Source: Xylographa opegraphella (Eukaryota). From it: 64,000 bases of DNA. A program made the position numbers and the translations under genes. The notes under the pieces were generated by a model. The model saw only the letters and a list, made by a program, of their open reading frames with translations, was not told the origin of the DNA and did not search any database. Each line of letters opens with the position of its first letter. The stretch's first letter is position 1. Location: assembly GCA_022813865.1 (NCBI GenBank), contig JALDZX010000022.1:248001-312000 (forward strand), written 5' to 3'. Positions 1-13,000 of the stretch are shown here, in pieces.

Positions 1-82
1 TTAAGAATGATTTATAAATAGTGAAGGTCATCCAACCCTTTTCTGATTGGTCCACTTGAAAGCTATAGATGCACTACCGACC

Positions 83-2500
83 ATGGAAAGTACCGAAACC
101 CCAGGACCCAGCACGATAGACGACTGGTTTACCACTGATTCATGCTGGGATTTGATATTAGATCCATGTACCTTTCCGCTGAGACGCGAAAACCATGTGG
201 ACATAGCGACTTCGGGCCAGGAGTACAAGGTTTCTCTGGCGCTAGCCCTAAAGCCACCAGAAGCTAGCATATTAGATCGAGTACCACTACAGCCGTCCAC
301 ATCAGCAGTCACACCAGTATCCAAGACTACCTGTGTCTCCGATGATGTTGAAGTCCAATCATACAAGGCTGGACAATTCAATCCCTACCTTGACCGGCCA
401 TCTCAGGCTAGCCATGGTCAGGGCTATGGCTCTACGGCTCAACCACCGAAGGCACGACGTGGACGTCGCGACATGAAAAGTTCATCTCAAGATCACTGGG
501 AGCAGTATCGATCCATAATAAAGCGTCTCTATCTCGACGAAGAGAAATGTCTTGAGGAAGTCATGCAGTATATGCGGGAGCAATTTGAGTTTTCGGAGAA
601 GTATGGAATTGTCCTTCAGGTGCAATTTGCGGAAGGCTGAAGCAATTATTGTAGGAAACCAGCGTATAAAAGAATGCTGCGTCGATGGGGGATCAGCAAG
701 AACGTTCCGGCCCCCGATATGGATATTATTGCCGCAAAGGCACGTAAGCGCAAAGCTGTTGAAGGGAAAGATACTCACTTCTATGTACATGAACGATTGC
801 TCGATCCCTCCAAGCTTGTCAGATTTAATGGCCGCAAACCGGTAAAACACAAAGATAGCATTGCTGCTGGGGCTGGTTTGTGAAAGACAAACTATACTCA
901 ATCTACTCCTCTGCTGATATATGACGCAGCAACGCCGCCATATGTTCGCTATGTCACGCCGCCTTTCAAGTCAAGCTCTCCGACTCAGCTTCTCAGCTCT
1001 TATGACACGAATAATAGCTTTTCGGATGATAGATCTTCCATGGCGCAGACCCCTCGGTCTTCCCATATGGTTGAGTCCATGGACCGGGAGTGCTTACAGG
1101 ATCCCGTGAACTATGAATTACCAATCCCGTCAATCGAGTTTCCAACACAGGATTTCGACATTGCCGTATGGGAATGTGCTTCTTACGATGAAACCGTCAC
1201 ACAATTATTACCAGATGGCCTCGACAAGAAAATATTGGAAAATTGTCTACCACCGCAAAATAAAGCTCATCAGCACATTTTACCACTGATCCCACGTTTG
1301 CCTTGTGGTATTTTCAAGCCGCCTATGCATTCAGAATCTGTCACTCAACAAGTGACAAACAGAACCATGCCAGGCGACGCAACTGTCCGTGATAAAGAGT
1401 CTACTGGAAATTTCAATAGCACTATACCCCAGACTTGCAGGGGATGGCCATCGACAGTGTGCTCGGAGGAGATTTTAACACAAAGGCAAAAAGAATCCAT
1501 GTTGTCTACAGTAGCAGCGCTTGAGAATGTCAAAGATATGATTTTGTATCATTACGGACCGGAAAACGAAATTTTTCTCCAGCAAAGTCTGGGACTCGGA
1601 TTACTATACCAGAAGCTATCGATACCATTGAAATGCGATAAAGTAATAGCAGATTTAGGCACCGGATACGGAAAATTTTGTTTACCAGTGGACAGCCTAC
1701 AGTGGACAGAAGATGACTGGGGCAATTCCAGGCTACCATTCTCAGAATACACCTGTTGTGCAGAGCCCATCCTTGAGCACTGTACCTGTGACCAGCTAAG
1801 AGAAATGGCAAGGCAAAACCGGGCTCGGATGTTACAGCGAGCCTTCGTATCCTTGCAGTCTCGAGCCATTGCTTGCTACCTTTCTTCCGGAAGAATTGGC
1901 CAAGCTGTGGATAGCCTGCTGGATCTTGAGGACATGTTCGATACGCTTGCCATGGATGCATACCTTCAGTCCATTTTTGAATTACTGGAGACTTATTCGG
2001 TCGACTATCTCCATCATCACCGACTCGTCCCATTCATGCGGCGAGCATTTTCCGCTGGTAATCACAAAGTCCTATCTGAACGACTTCACAACGCATCTTA
2101 CAAGCTCTGGAAATCTCAGAAAATCCCCCTAGGAGCACATCTTCGGCTGCTCACTTGCAATCCGCATCTCCACGGCTCGAACATTCTGGCCATCACCGAA
2201 GAGCAACTGGTCCATCGAATCGAACGATCCAACGGCAACGATTTTCAGGCACAGATGCACGTCATGAGGGATGTGCAGGCATTCGCTAACCACTATCAGG
2301 AACACAGACAGGACGACATGGCCGACGCATTCGTCCTCCGGGTATGGGAGAAGTGCAAGAATTCCTGGGGATTCTACAACTCGGAAACGCTGCGCGCGCA
2401 GCAGCTTATGCGAGGTGCACGCGCGGAAGAACTCCCGCAGGCTCTGCTCGCGCTGGGGCTCTATGATGGCGCCATGGTGTTCGATCGCTCCTTTGGCTGA
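83..2500 (+). CDS. Clr5-domain protein with degenerate TPR-like C-terminus (3 exons; introns 601-654 and 876-929)
   Basis: Spliced product reads WEQYRSIIKRLYLDEEKCLEEVMQYMREQFEFSEK-KPAYKRMLRRWGISKN, a typical Clr5 domain. Both introns have GT..AG ends and join three ORF-track pieces in frame. The C-terminus has kinesin-light-chain-like TPR motifs (YGPENEIFLQQSLGLGLLY; WGFYNSETLRAQ). Confidence 0.8.
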
Positions 2501-3357
2501 CAGCTGCGCTGGTCTGCAAGTCTGGGGATAGGAAACAAAGTCGCTTCATCCAGCGCGTTGGTTACGCGTACCGTGTGAAGCATTATATCTTGTCAGTGAT
2601 CCGGAATCACTAGTGCTGGGTTCTGTCTAGCAGGGCTAGATTCTCGCGCTGCTGCGGCGAGCATCAAGCAGCCAGCCAAGTTCCTCATCGAATGATGCAG
2701 GGACTCCCTGCTTCGCTCTCGTCGCACAATATCCATCGCCATGCAAAGTACTGAGTCGGCCGCTGGATTTACGGCGCGAGTATGAAATAACCACTCTGGG
2801 AGTGCTCGGCCCTATGGACGGTTTCTGAGAGGACCACCTTGCGTCATCCTCAAGCCAGGCACACAAATGTATTTGAACTGTCCTATATTGAGCCGAGATA
2901 GTGCTATATACCTCTATTCGAGACGTAGTGAAATACTATGCTATCAACATTCAGCAAGCCCGTCCAACCGTTCAGTTCCTAGATGCTCCCGGACTATCCG
3001 ATTCAAAAGAAACATGCATCAAATGCTGCTCTGTATATACTCCAACCGCCTTCATCCCCGAGCCCTCCTATCCCCAAGTTCCCATCATATCCAAGACCGA
3101 TAATTGTCCGTAACCCTGAAACTCCCATCTGCGCGCCACATGGGCGATGAGCCTGAGAAGAAGTGCTCGAGCTGTTTTACGCAGGGTGCACCCGAACTTG
3201 ACAGATGCCGTCGGCGGCATACAACCTGTCGAGATTCGAAGCACACTCCATAACTCAACTCTAACAGTTCCGCATGCTTCGTCACCGCTGCGTCAGCGTA
3301 TCTTTCTCCATCAACTTTCCCTTACCCTCCACACTCCCCACCCAAGCTCCACCGGAC

Positions 3358-6300
3358 TCACCCCTCGAGCCTCCCCCTCTTGCGCTCTCGCGGCCTATAT
3401 ACTTCCTCCCAAAGCGCGCCGACCAGGTAGAAGCAAGCAGCCACCCACGTGCCCGTGAAGAACACGCGCTTCGCAGTCCGCCATATCCTGCGTCTATTCT
3501 TGGAGGATTCCTTCTTCCTTCGCTGGTGGCGTTCCATCAACGAGGCTAAGCGCTGCTGGCGCCTTTGCTCACGGTACCGTTCTTTGGTGAGGTTACGCCC
3601 GGAAAAGACCTCTTCTTCGCGGCGGACGATCTTTCTGGGCGCGGGTCTCAGGGAAACTGGGTTGATGGGCGGGCTGGAGGTGTTGGAGTCTGCGAACGGT
3701 GATGGAGGGGCCGTTGTGCCGTCGATCGGGTTGACGGCACTGCCGAGCTTTGGTGAAATGGTAGTCTCTGAACTGAATGGTCGGATGGCGTCGATGCCGG
3801 TTCGAGGCTCAATTTTTTCAACGGGTTGCTCTCCGTCCATTTTCAAAGGAGTGTGGATCTCGGCATCGTGTAAGTCGGCATTGGGGTTACTAGTGCTAAC
3901 TTTTTCATATCCAGATGTCTGCTCCATGCGATTAGGATTCCCTGCCGAAGATGAAGCAAGGTTGTCTACCGTCCCCGGTTGGTGCTTTGTTTCCTTCTCC
4001 AGGATTGCGAGTGGCTTATGTATGTTACTTGCTTCAGCTTGGTCTCTGTGATTCAGGATCTTGTGTTGTGTAGTCCGTTTATCCTGCTCAACTTCCGAGG
4101 GTGCCGTATGTTCAATATTTCTATCATAATTCAATTCGTTGTTCGACTTTGGGGGATTATTGGGTCCAGCTCCTTCATCAGTAAGGGTACTTGAAGCCGA
4201 CAAGTCAGTCTGAAGGAATTTATTGATAGTGTCCTGCATGGCCTTTGTTGGTGTAGGAACCTCCTTTTGAACCTGCTTGAAAACGAGTGTAGTTCTGCTT
4301 CCAGCAACTAGCTCGAAACCTGCTGCTTCCAAGGGCTCGAAGTGATCGAAGTATCGTGCCGGTTGATCAAGGTACGAGAGAATTGCTGGCACAGATCGAG
4401 GTGGTAACGACGATTCAAAGACAGATGTTGTTGTCGTAGCGATGGCGACTTTCTGTGTCGTTTCGTCGAAAGCCAGTATCTTGTAGACATGGGTTCCCGG
4501 CGTGGTCTTGACTTCTGGTTGCGGATCTATAGCTATCCTAGGTTTTGGTTTTAGATCCTCGGCTTTGGAAAGCTTCTGGGAAGCAGAAGTATCCGAGGCT
4601 GGAGGTGAATTCGAATCCTTTGCGGTTTGTCCGAGTCGAGAGACTTCGAAGCTGTCCAGATCAGTTGTTGCGATCTTTCCTTGGATGGGCAATTGCTTTT
4701 CTTCATTTTTAATCTTCTCTTCATACTCGCGTAAGCCTTCTTGCACAGAAGGGTCCTCCTTGCCCTCCATTGCTGAATTTACACATGGCTGGGTGTGTTT
4801 GGTATCTATAACGCCATATTGATCCTCATATATCTGCCGGATTTCTCGAACGAGCGTGATATCCTTGGCTTTTTGCTTACTCTCTTCTAATGCATGAGGT
4901 GCCTTGGCCTTGTACCATCGGCCACGATCGACGAATTGATGGACACTTTGCGAGATATCGCCTTCGCCCGCATCTGGACCTGTCATTGGTCGCCTTGATT
5001 GTACGTTATCGGATCGTTTATTTTCGATCGCGGCCATTGCAGCCTTCTGTTTGTCGATTTCTTTTTCCAGCACAGCATTCGTAGCTACCAGCATTTGCCG
5101 TTTCTTTTGACTTTCAGCGTCCACTAAATCCTGCTGCTGCCGAGCCATATAATTCTCTAAACTCTGTACTTTGTTGTCCAATTCGTCTTGATATGAAGTC
5201 TCAAGGCCTTTGGGAGTAAGGTCGTAACCCCATACGTCAACATTTGCAGTAGTCTCCGGCTCGCTCGTAATTTTGTTCAATGCAGTCTCCAGACCAGATG
5301 GCGTCTGTATCGGCACCTGAGATGAGGCTTGTTGGACACTGACACTAAAATTTTCTGCAGAGTTCTTTGGGCTTGGTTTCTTCACCTCTGGCGACTCGAG
5401 GCGAGCGATCTCTTCTGCGTATCTTGCTTCCAATTCCTTCTCCTTCTCTTCGAATCTTGCTCTAAGGTTTAACCGTCGCTTCTCACGGGCCCCAGCGGGC
5501 TCAGAGATTGGTTTCTTCAGACGTCCGGAAGCGGCTCGCACATTGCTGGCTCTTAGGAGGTCAATATCTTCAGTTGTGTTCTCCTCCGCCTTGTAAACCA
5601 ATGGTTTTGCTACAGTTTTATTATTTAATGGAGCAGAATCCTGGTTTCGCAAGTGTCGGTCCAAAGCACTTTCAATCCTTGGAACCCCTTCTTGCGCTGA
5701 TGCAGAAATAGTTGACTCTTTCTTTTGGTTGGAAGACTCGCAATTGCTGGTCGTTTCACGAATCACAGAAAACCCCTCTTTGGTAAGCCACACCTTTTGT
5801 GTATTGGAAGTTGTCTTTGGTGGTTCTACTGGCAAATCAGGTCTGACAGTTTCATTCATTTTCGGAGCGTCCGACTTCGGCGAGTTCAAAGGTTCGACCG
5901 GTGGCTCCGATACTGCTGTGGTGGGTTCATTTGCTTTCTTGGTTGGCCGGAAACTCTTTACTGGTATATCGAATCTTTTGCCAGCACCCAGTTCACCATC
6001 TTTATCTGTCAACGTAGGTACTTTCCGTTGGACTCTACGTAGAGTTATGAGATCAATCTCCACGTTATCATTACTTCTCACTTCACTGGCTCTAGATACG
6101 GCGCTTGGCTGAGGGACTTCAGGGTCTTTTGCAACAGGTGACGTCTGAGACGAGGCCTCATCCGAACGCATTCCTCGTGATGGTGTTTGATGTTGGCCAG
6201 TAACTTCGGTATTAACCCACTCTTCCTTTCCCAGACTCTGTATCCAGTGATGCAGCTGATTCTCCCAAGGATTCCAGACCCCTCTTCGAATGCTGGCTCC

Positions 6301-6816
6301 AAAGAGTGTTTCATAGGGGTACCTCTCCACCCGCTTCCGGAACCTCTCAAGATATGAGTTGAGCTCCTCTTGCCATTTTTCTGCTTCGCTTTTCAGCTCC
6401 CTTTCTCTCTCCAGTTCCGCTCTGCTCTTGTCCTTCAGTAAATGAGTACTCTTGTTCTCCGACTTGCCCCACGAACTCGACAATCTCCAACCTTGCCCAC
6501 GACGATAGTAGAACGGATACCCAGAACGAATAGGAGAAAGAGGAGCTCTTCCTGCCTTATATTTCGCTATCCGTTGTTGGGCTTCCAGGCATTTGTGATA
6601 TATTGCAGTATTGGAAGAAGCCTTGACTCGGAAGCCATTGCGACCACACCAAAAGTGGCGACGGATAGATGGGAGAGCTGTCAGACTTTGGGAGGCTGGA
6701 ATCGAAAAAAACGAGTTCGCAAGTAAAACAGTCGAGAGATTAGTTGTCTGAGATATTGCTCGCGATGTAGAGATGTGCAGAACGCGAGAGGCGGTGATGT
6801 TCGGGGAGGGCGCCAT
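3358..6816 (-). CDS. Conserved fungal Ser/Thr-rich protein, probably mitochondrial and C-terminally membrane anchored
   Basis: 1152-aa intronless ORF. The N-terminus is Arg/Ser-rich and lacks acidic residues. Conserved-looking blocks EDIDLLRASNVRA, YKILAFD and LEAAGFELVAGSRTTLVFKQV. Hydrophobic helix near the C-terminus (VFFTGTWVAACFYLVGALW). Confidence 0.75.
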   Translation of the reverse strand: MAPSPNITASRVLHISTSRAISQTTNLSTVLLANSFFSIPASQSLTALPSIRRHFWCGRNGFRVKASSNTAIYHKCLEAQQRIAKYKAGRAPLSPIRSGYPFYYRRGQGWRLSSSWGKSENKSTHLLKDKSRAELERERELKSEAEKWQEELNSYLERFRKRVERYPYETLFGASIRRGVWNPWENQLHHWIQSLGKEEWVNTEVTGQHQTPSRGMRSDEASSQTSPVAKDPEVPQPSAVSRASEVRSNDNVEIDLITLRRVQRKVPTLTDKDGELGAGKRFDIPVKSFRPTKKANEPTTAVSEPPVEPLNSPKSDAPKMNETVRPDLPVEPPKTTSNTQKVWLTKEGFSVIRETTSNCESSNQKKESTISASAQEGVPRIESALDRHLRNQDSAPLNNKTVAKPLVYKAEENTTEDIDLLRASNVRAASGRLKKPISEPAGAREKRRLNLRARFEEKEKELEARYAEEIARLESPEVKKPSPKNSAENFSVSVQQASSQVPIQTPSGLETALNKITSEPETTANVDVWGYDLTPKGLETSYQDELDNKVQSLENYMARQQQDLVDAESQKKRQMLVATNAVLEKEIDKQKAAMAAIENKRSDNVQSRRPMTGPDAGEGDISQSVHQFVDRGRWYKAKAPHALEESKQKAKDITLVREIRQIYEDQYGVIDTKHTQPCVNSAMEGKEDPSVQEGLREYEEKIKNEEKQLPIQGKIATTDLDSFEVSRLGQTAKDSNSPPASDTSASQKLSKAEDLKPKPRIAIDPQPEVKTTPGTHVYKILAFDETTQKVAIATTTTSVFESSLPPRSVPAILSYLDQPARYFDHFEPLEAAGFELVAGSRTTLVFKQVQKEVPTPTKAMQDTINKFLQTDLSASSTLTDEGAGPNNPPKSNNELNYDRNIEHTAPSEVEQDKRTTQHKILNHRDQAEASNIHKPLAILEKETKHQPGTVDNLASSSAGNPNRMEQTSGYEKVSTSNPNADLHDAEIHTPLKMDGEQPVEKIEPRTGIDAIRPFSSETTISPKLGSAVNPIDGTTAPPSPFADSNTSSPPINPVSLRPAPRKIVRREEEVFSGRNLTKERYREQRRQQRLASLMERHQRRKKESSKNRRRIWRTAKRVFFTGTWVAACFYLVGALWEEVYRPRERKRGRLEG

Positions 6817-7516
6817 GCTGCTAGACGCTCAGAGCATGGCTCTGATCATAGTATTAGCAAGAACAAAGAACATGAGGCTTCCAGAGAAGGGCCGGCTCAC
6901 TACTCGCCTCCCACGAATACGTACGAGAACAGTATATAATCCAGAACTCGGCCTACCCAGGAGGATCCTGAGGACGGGGTGTGGTGGGAGCCTCCCATGT
7001 CTGACACATCGACTCCCCATCGCGGGGCTTAGCGCCCAAATGGCGGGGCTGTTCATTGGGCTTTATCGCCGTGCAGGCCAGGGGTCTCCACTCAATGGGG
7101 TTACCTACTCCGTACCTTATGTCCGCAACAACACCACGCATCAAAGGTTACTATTCTGTTTGTAGTGCAAAACTGCTGCCATCGATAGGCGCATGAGCCC
7201 ATTCCTCGTCAAGCTCACAAATGCAGCCGTACGTGTGCTACCCTTTGATTCCTCGTGTTTGTGTAGCGGGATACCTTTGCATGTGGACCTTTGGATGTAG
7301 AACGAAGTGAAACGTGACACAATGAGATGGCAAAGAACTTATTATGACAACCTCAGATTTCCCATAACTGCCATATATCGCAGTTAGTTACATGATCAAT
7401 TATGAATCGTGTTATCTTTCGCTTCATGCCGGATATAATTCCAAGTTTCCAACCTGTAAACTGCCACCAGCGCCGTATCATGCAGCGAAACGCCAATTCT
7501 TGGAACGATGACTTGA

Positions 7517-9256
7517 TTAATCGCCTTTCCGCTTGCCACGATCCTCGAACACCCTTCCCCTTGCCGGAAACCTTTCACTTAGGGCCCTCTCATCATACTC
7601 TGTGTCGACGCCCCTTCTGCTGTCTCTTCCTTCTGTGGTGGCGTTCGTATCTCCGTTACCGCCATCCAGCTCCCATCCTTCGACCAGCTCGATCAGATCT
7701 CCCGCTCCACTTCCACGTAGAGGCGGAGTCTGTACTGCAGCCGCAGCCTTAGTGGCCATCTTTCGCATCCAGCCCTCGATGGCTCCGCCTACATTCTCGA
7801 TCCCTGTGGAGGAAGTGGATGCTACGCTCTCAAAGGATGTACGCGGTGCAACATTGGGCAAGTGCGGTGCGAAGAGCTGATTCAGTTTATCCTGCGCAGG
7901 ACCAGGACTGCGAACTTCCTTGCCTAAAGTGCCAACACCGCCTGGTCCAGAAAGGGTAGAAGCGAAATATGAGATTGAGGGTGACCGTGATTTGTTCATG
8001 CGGCCTTGCGATTGGTAGCGATGTGGAGAGATATGACGGGCTGGTGATAATGTATTTTTTTGCGATCGAGAGTCGTCGACAGAAAGTGGAGGGCTGCCAG
8101 CGTCAGAGTATGCGATCGATTTCCGCCGGCTAGGAGGAAAGAAGCCAAGGCTGCGGCGCGAAAGGCGGGCAATCTCCACGGCGATAGGTGAGGGATCGAT
8201 CACAACCCATGAATCATGCTTCAACGGCGGGTCATCTGTGGTAGGGTGGGTGGTTGATGTGGTTGGAGAAGTGGTAAGGCTGAATAATGGTGAAGACTGA
8301 AGATCGCGTGTGGAATCGAGCTTCCCCGGAGGAGTAGTAGGCGTATATTGTGAGGCCAATTCTTCCATGCTGCTACTTCTGTCTGGCAGAATATCAATGG
8401 TTGCTGTTGGCTCGGGGATTTTCCGGCCTCTGACTCCGCATGAATCCACTGGAAGGTAGATGATGCGTCGAATCTGGATAGCATCGTTGGCCCAGAGTCG
8501 ATTAGCTTTACGCATAATAGCGACAGGGCAGCTATATTTGATGGCAACACCGACAAGAGTATCGCTGGGCTGCACGTGATGTACGAAGACGACTGCCTCA
8601 CGGTCGTGTTCAGTTGATGGGGGTGCTGAAAACGATTCACGGTCTTCTGATATCCTACGCTTATAGTTCCCAGTGGAGTCTGGAAGACTATGGCCATTGG
8701 CGGACAGCAATGCCTCCCTCTCCTTAGCCTGCACTTGAGCTAGTCTATCTTCCTTTGAACCAGATGTAATCTGCTGATCCGCGTTGACCCTTGGGCCCCA
8801 TTCCCCTACCAAAACAGCCGATGGCTTTATCGTCCCTCGTTCCTTTCCAACAGATCTTGACATGAGAGATTTGTCTTTTCCAGATTCGTTCACATCATTT
8901 CCTAATAAGGTTGAAGCAATTTCTTGTAACGATGTCCACGATGAACCCCAAAATCCTGCTGCTGCAGACGAATGAGAAGCAGGATGACCACGGGATCCAG
9001 AACTGTTTAGGGTTTTCTTCGCCCCTGGCAAGTTGGCTTGAGGCCGATTTCTTGAGGTCGAGCGTGATGGATGTGTGGATGGAAGAGGAGAGCCAGCCCT
9101 GGAGCTGAATAATGACGAGGTTGTAGAGTTGAGTGGATTGGTTGGAGGTGGCGACACCGCTTCCAGTGCCTGGAACTCATCATCAATCGAGATCAGACAT
9201 CGATTGCGAGGGCGTAAGGTTGCTGATGTGCTGGCACCTTGCTGTTGGTTGTTCAT
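7517..9256 (-). CDS. LysM (CBM50) domain protein without signal peptide
   Basis: 579-aa ORF containing HHVQPSDTLVGVAIKYSCPVAIMRKANRLWANDAIQIRRIIYLP, which fits the LysM consensus. The rest is low-complexity Ser/Pro-rich sequence. Confidence 0.85.
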   Translation of the reverse strand: MNNQQQGASTSATLRPRNRCLISIDDEFQALEAVSPPPTNPLNSTTSSLFSSRAGSPLPSTHPSRSTSRNRPQANLPGAKKTLNSSGSRGHPASHSSAAAGFWGSSWTSLQEIASTLLGNDVNESGKDKSLMSRSVGKERGTIKPSAVLVGEWGPRVNADQQITSGSKEDRLAQVQAKEREALLSANGHSLPDSTGNYKRRISEDRESFSAPPSTEHDREAVVFVHHVQPSDTLVGVAIKYSCPVAIMRKANRLWANDAIQIRRIIYLPVDSCGVRGRKIPEPTATIDILPDRSSSMEELASQYTPTTPPGKLDSTRDLQSSPLFSLTTSPTTSTTHPTTDDPPLKHDSWVVIDPSPIAVEIARLSRRSLGFFPPSRRKSIAYSDAGSPPLSVDDSRSQKNTLSPARHISPHRYQSQGRMNKSRSPSISYFASTLSGPGGVGTLGKEVRSPGPAQDKLNQLFAPHLPNVAPRTSFESVASTSSTGIENVGGAIEGWMRKMATKAAAAVQTPPLRGSGAGDLIELVEGWELDGGNGDTNATTEGRDSRRGVDTEYDERALSERFPARGRVFEDRGKRKGD

Positions 9257-10013
9257 GGCTAGCTGAGCCTTGATAAGTAAAAAGTCATCCGCCGCTCTGT
9301 GAATTCAGTACATGGTATCCGAGCACTTCTGGACATGATCTATATGGGTGGAGATCCGGTGGAAATCTCCATAGTGGTTGAATAGTCATCGCATGGGTGC
9401 TTTGTTGGCACTACCGCACTCGTGAAAGCCATCCATGTGCCTCGTCATATCTAAGCGATGGGACAAATTTAGCCGCTATAAGCGCGCAGCGTCCACTCGC
9501 AGCATGCGCTCAACATTTAAGGGCAAGCTGTAGCCATTATCTTTGAAAATGAGAAACCGTGGTAACTTACTGAAGGCCGCAAGTACGTGTACCTCTTGAG
9601 CGATTGTCAAAGTTGTGTTCGAAAAAATGTCGAATTACGCTTGTGGTCAGATTCTGGATCGCTCAAGAAGCCTTTGGCCAAAAATGGTAAACTTCCTTCC
9701 AGATATCTAGGGCTTATTTAGTGGTCTACCATTGAAGGATTGGCTTGATACCCCTCAGTTTGATAGACTAGGAGAACCATCCAACAGTAAGCTTTTACTA
9801 TTTAACATTTTAAGCGCAGTTTAGGGTTGCCCACTTTCCATCGTACCTTATGTTGTAGGATCACACCATCGTTTGGACATCCTTCGAGGATTTAGGCTAT
9901 AACCTGAAACAGCGGAGCTAACTCAAGAAAACATAAAACAAAGTGAGCTGGTAATTATTAAGGCTGGGATTACTACTAGTAGTCGGCAAAGAAACACTAA
10001 TATAGTATAGGCT

Positions 10014-13000
10014 TCAGATAGTCTTCCGAGGCCTTCCTCGTCGACCTCTAGATGCTTTTCCATCAGCTGTACCGCCTCTCCCTCCCCGACGGGCCACTGG
10101 CCTAGACATTACTTCGTCCTCAATCTTTGAGCTCTCAGGACTTGATTCGTCATCATCGATGCCGCTGTCTGCAAAGTAATGACTTTTGACCGATGTTTGG
10201 CTCTTTTTGGCGGCTGCTCGCTTTGATACAGCTCTTGTTGGAGTCTTGGAAGATGTCGGAGTGGAACAAGTTCTCGATTCAGACTCTGCCGGCAACGTTC
10301 CTTTCGGTTCTCCTTTCTTAGCTTTGCTCTTCGCCTTCCCTTTTCCAGGCGATGTCCCTGAGCTCGACCTCGTCACATGCGTGGCAGCATTGCTAGTCTT
10401 CTCACTAAGTATTTCCATTGTTGACTTTATGCTTATATGTTCAGTATGTTCATGGGCACTGTCCATTTCGACGTCGCTAGCGGGGGAGACAATTCCAAAT
10501 TGCCGAATTTCTGCAGATCCACTTGAGCGGCCACGGCTTGAAGCTGTCACTGAATCGTTCTCTAACAGGAATCCGCCACCTCCCTGATCATCTGCAGGGA
10601 CTTCCGTCCTTCCACGTTGTACAGATTCCTCATCTTGATCCTGACCTTGTGGTAGAAATCCGCCAGCTAAGGTGTCCTCTAAATTACCAGCTATCCGAGA
10701 GCCGTCTGCCGACGACTGCACTCTTTTATTCTTGTTGGTGAATGGGTTCATTTCCTCTTTCATGTGCCCATTGGAATCTCCGCCGTATTCCTCTTGTACC
10801 CTTTCGATGATTCTGAGGCCCATCAGAAATTTTCGCCACATTGATAGCGCTGCCATTTCTCGTTTTCCTTCTTCTTTAATTCTGCGTTCTTCCTCGTCCT
10901 TTTCCCATTGATCAATGACTGCGTCTTCGTGCTCGATTGCTATAATGACGCCAGTAATTACTGGTACAGCCCGTTGATTACCGAATTCGAATCCCGTAAC
11001 AGCTTCTGCAAAGTCAATGCCAAGTCGCTTGCAAATCTTCATCGTCCCTTTCAAGGGAACATGGATGGCGCCTTCTGGGACCATTGTGGGAACAAAGCAA
11101 TCCATGTTCCCGAACGCATTCTTTGGTATTACCCCGTTCTGAATTGGGGGTGGGATGATCCACTCAGTTTGATCTACGGCATAAAGACCTTGCTTCAGTT
11201 TTTCTCCTCCGTCCCTCTCTGCCTCCTCAATCTCGCGTTTTCGAATCAACGTAACCGCTCTGATAGGAACCATTTTCACCGGGTGTTCGCCTTTCTTCAC
11301 TTGTCGACCTTCCTTGTGCCAGCTTTCACTTGTACGTGATACCACGACGTCTATCCGAAGGTAAACAGGCTCTTCTTTGGCTTTATCGCCTTTGCCAGTA
11401 ACGAAAGTCTTCACCGGCTCCGAGCCAGGTAAGATTGCCTCCTCTCTTCTGAGATGTCTCTCGAGAACATAGGTAGCCGATTGTTTGTATCCTTGAAGAG
11501 TCTCTTCTCCTTCTTTAGCTTCCTTCTTTTCGGGTTTGATTGCTTTCAAATCCGTGGCTTCTTCTAGATCGTCGACGGCACTTCTCATCGCCTCGTTTCT
11601 TGCATAACCACTCATCACAGTCTTGAACCAATCGTACTCTTCATGGTGCTTCACTTTACCACGTTTGTTTAGTATTGGAATCTTCTCGACTGGCATCCTG
11701 ACGCCCTTGGTCTTCCCCGGCCACATATGTCGTTTCAAATATCTTGTGGTGACGTCCTTCGCAGTGCCATCTGCCGAGAATGCAACGACGTAAGCAAATA
11801 CTTGTTTTGCCTTATCAGCTTTAGCCCCTCGAGGCTCAAAATTGGCGAGATGCTCTAGCTTTGTCGCCACCGGCGGCATCAGAATGAGAGAATCAACGGG
11901 GTAGACCCGGCGTGTCAACGGTGAAACGACTTCTGTCCAGTAGTTTGGGGATGGAACGTCCTTATCGTAGTTCATATTAGGTTTCTTTTGCGGCATAGTG
12001 TGAGTAACGTCAATAACAGAATCGTCGTCTGAGCTATCAGATGATGTGCAATTACTTAGTTCACTATCAGTGACGGGAGATCCGGCTCTCGAGTGAGTGA
12101 TTTTCCTAAACTTGCTAGCTTTTGAAGTAAACATGCTATCTGGACCACCTCCACCCTTTGCAGTCTCGGGGTTCCCAAGTTCATGGGTAGAAGGTTCAAC
12201 TTCTATCGCACTGTCGTCGCCGTGATCTATGGTACTCGACTGCAGTGTCTTCAGGGACTTTTTCTTTTTCAAGTTCGCTTCTTCACTTTTGTTCCAGCCA
12301 AACCCGATAGGTTGCAGGCTCGTCACCAAGCGTGCCTCTATACCCAGTCCGCGAATTAAGGCCGTAAAGAGTTGTGCGCCCACGTCTCTACTTCCTTCAC
12401 AGCGTCTAGCGCAATCGCGGAACGCTTGCAAGTCAGCAATTCTTTCCCCATGCTCCTCGGGATTATGGCGATCGCTATGGAATGATGCAACCTCTTGCTC
12501 GAGCACAGAAAGAGGTTTGTAGCCCTGCTTACGAAGCCCAGGTGCTGTGACCCTGAATTTTTGTTTCCAGTAAGCGGCCAAGATTCTTAATAGGCGAATG
12601 ACCGGATCTCCATGGCTCATGGTCGGCATTCCCTTCTCTTGACGTTCCGCAGGTTGTCCCCATTCGCGCTGACTTCTAATGTCACCATGACCACGAGTTC
12701 CACTTCCTCTCGCTCTGCCTCTACCGCGGCTACCCATTTCACCTCTGTGTTTCTCCTTATTTGATGCATGGCTGACAGCCTCCTTCCTTACAGGTTCCAT
12801 CCCAGTCGCTAGTCTCCATGTGGCCACTTCCTTCTTTATCGGGGCCGGAAGATGACCCACCAAAATCTTCTGCACCTCAGAATCACAGATCCAAGCATTT
12901 CTAATCAGGTTGTGGAAGAGGAGGAATTGCACGTGCATACAGTGGGTGGCTGTCCGGATCTGCCTTTCGATCTTGCTTGGCCCTTTCTTTTTGTCGTGAG

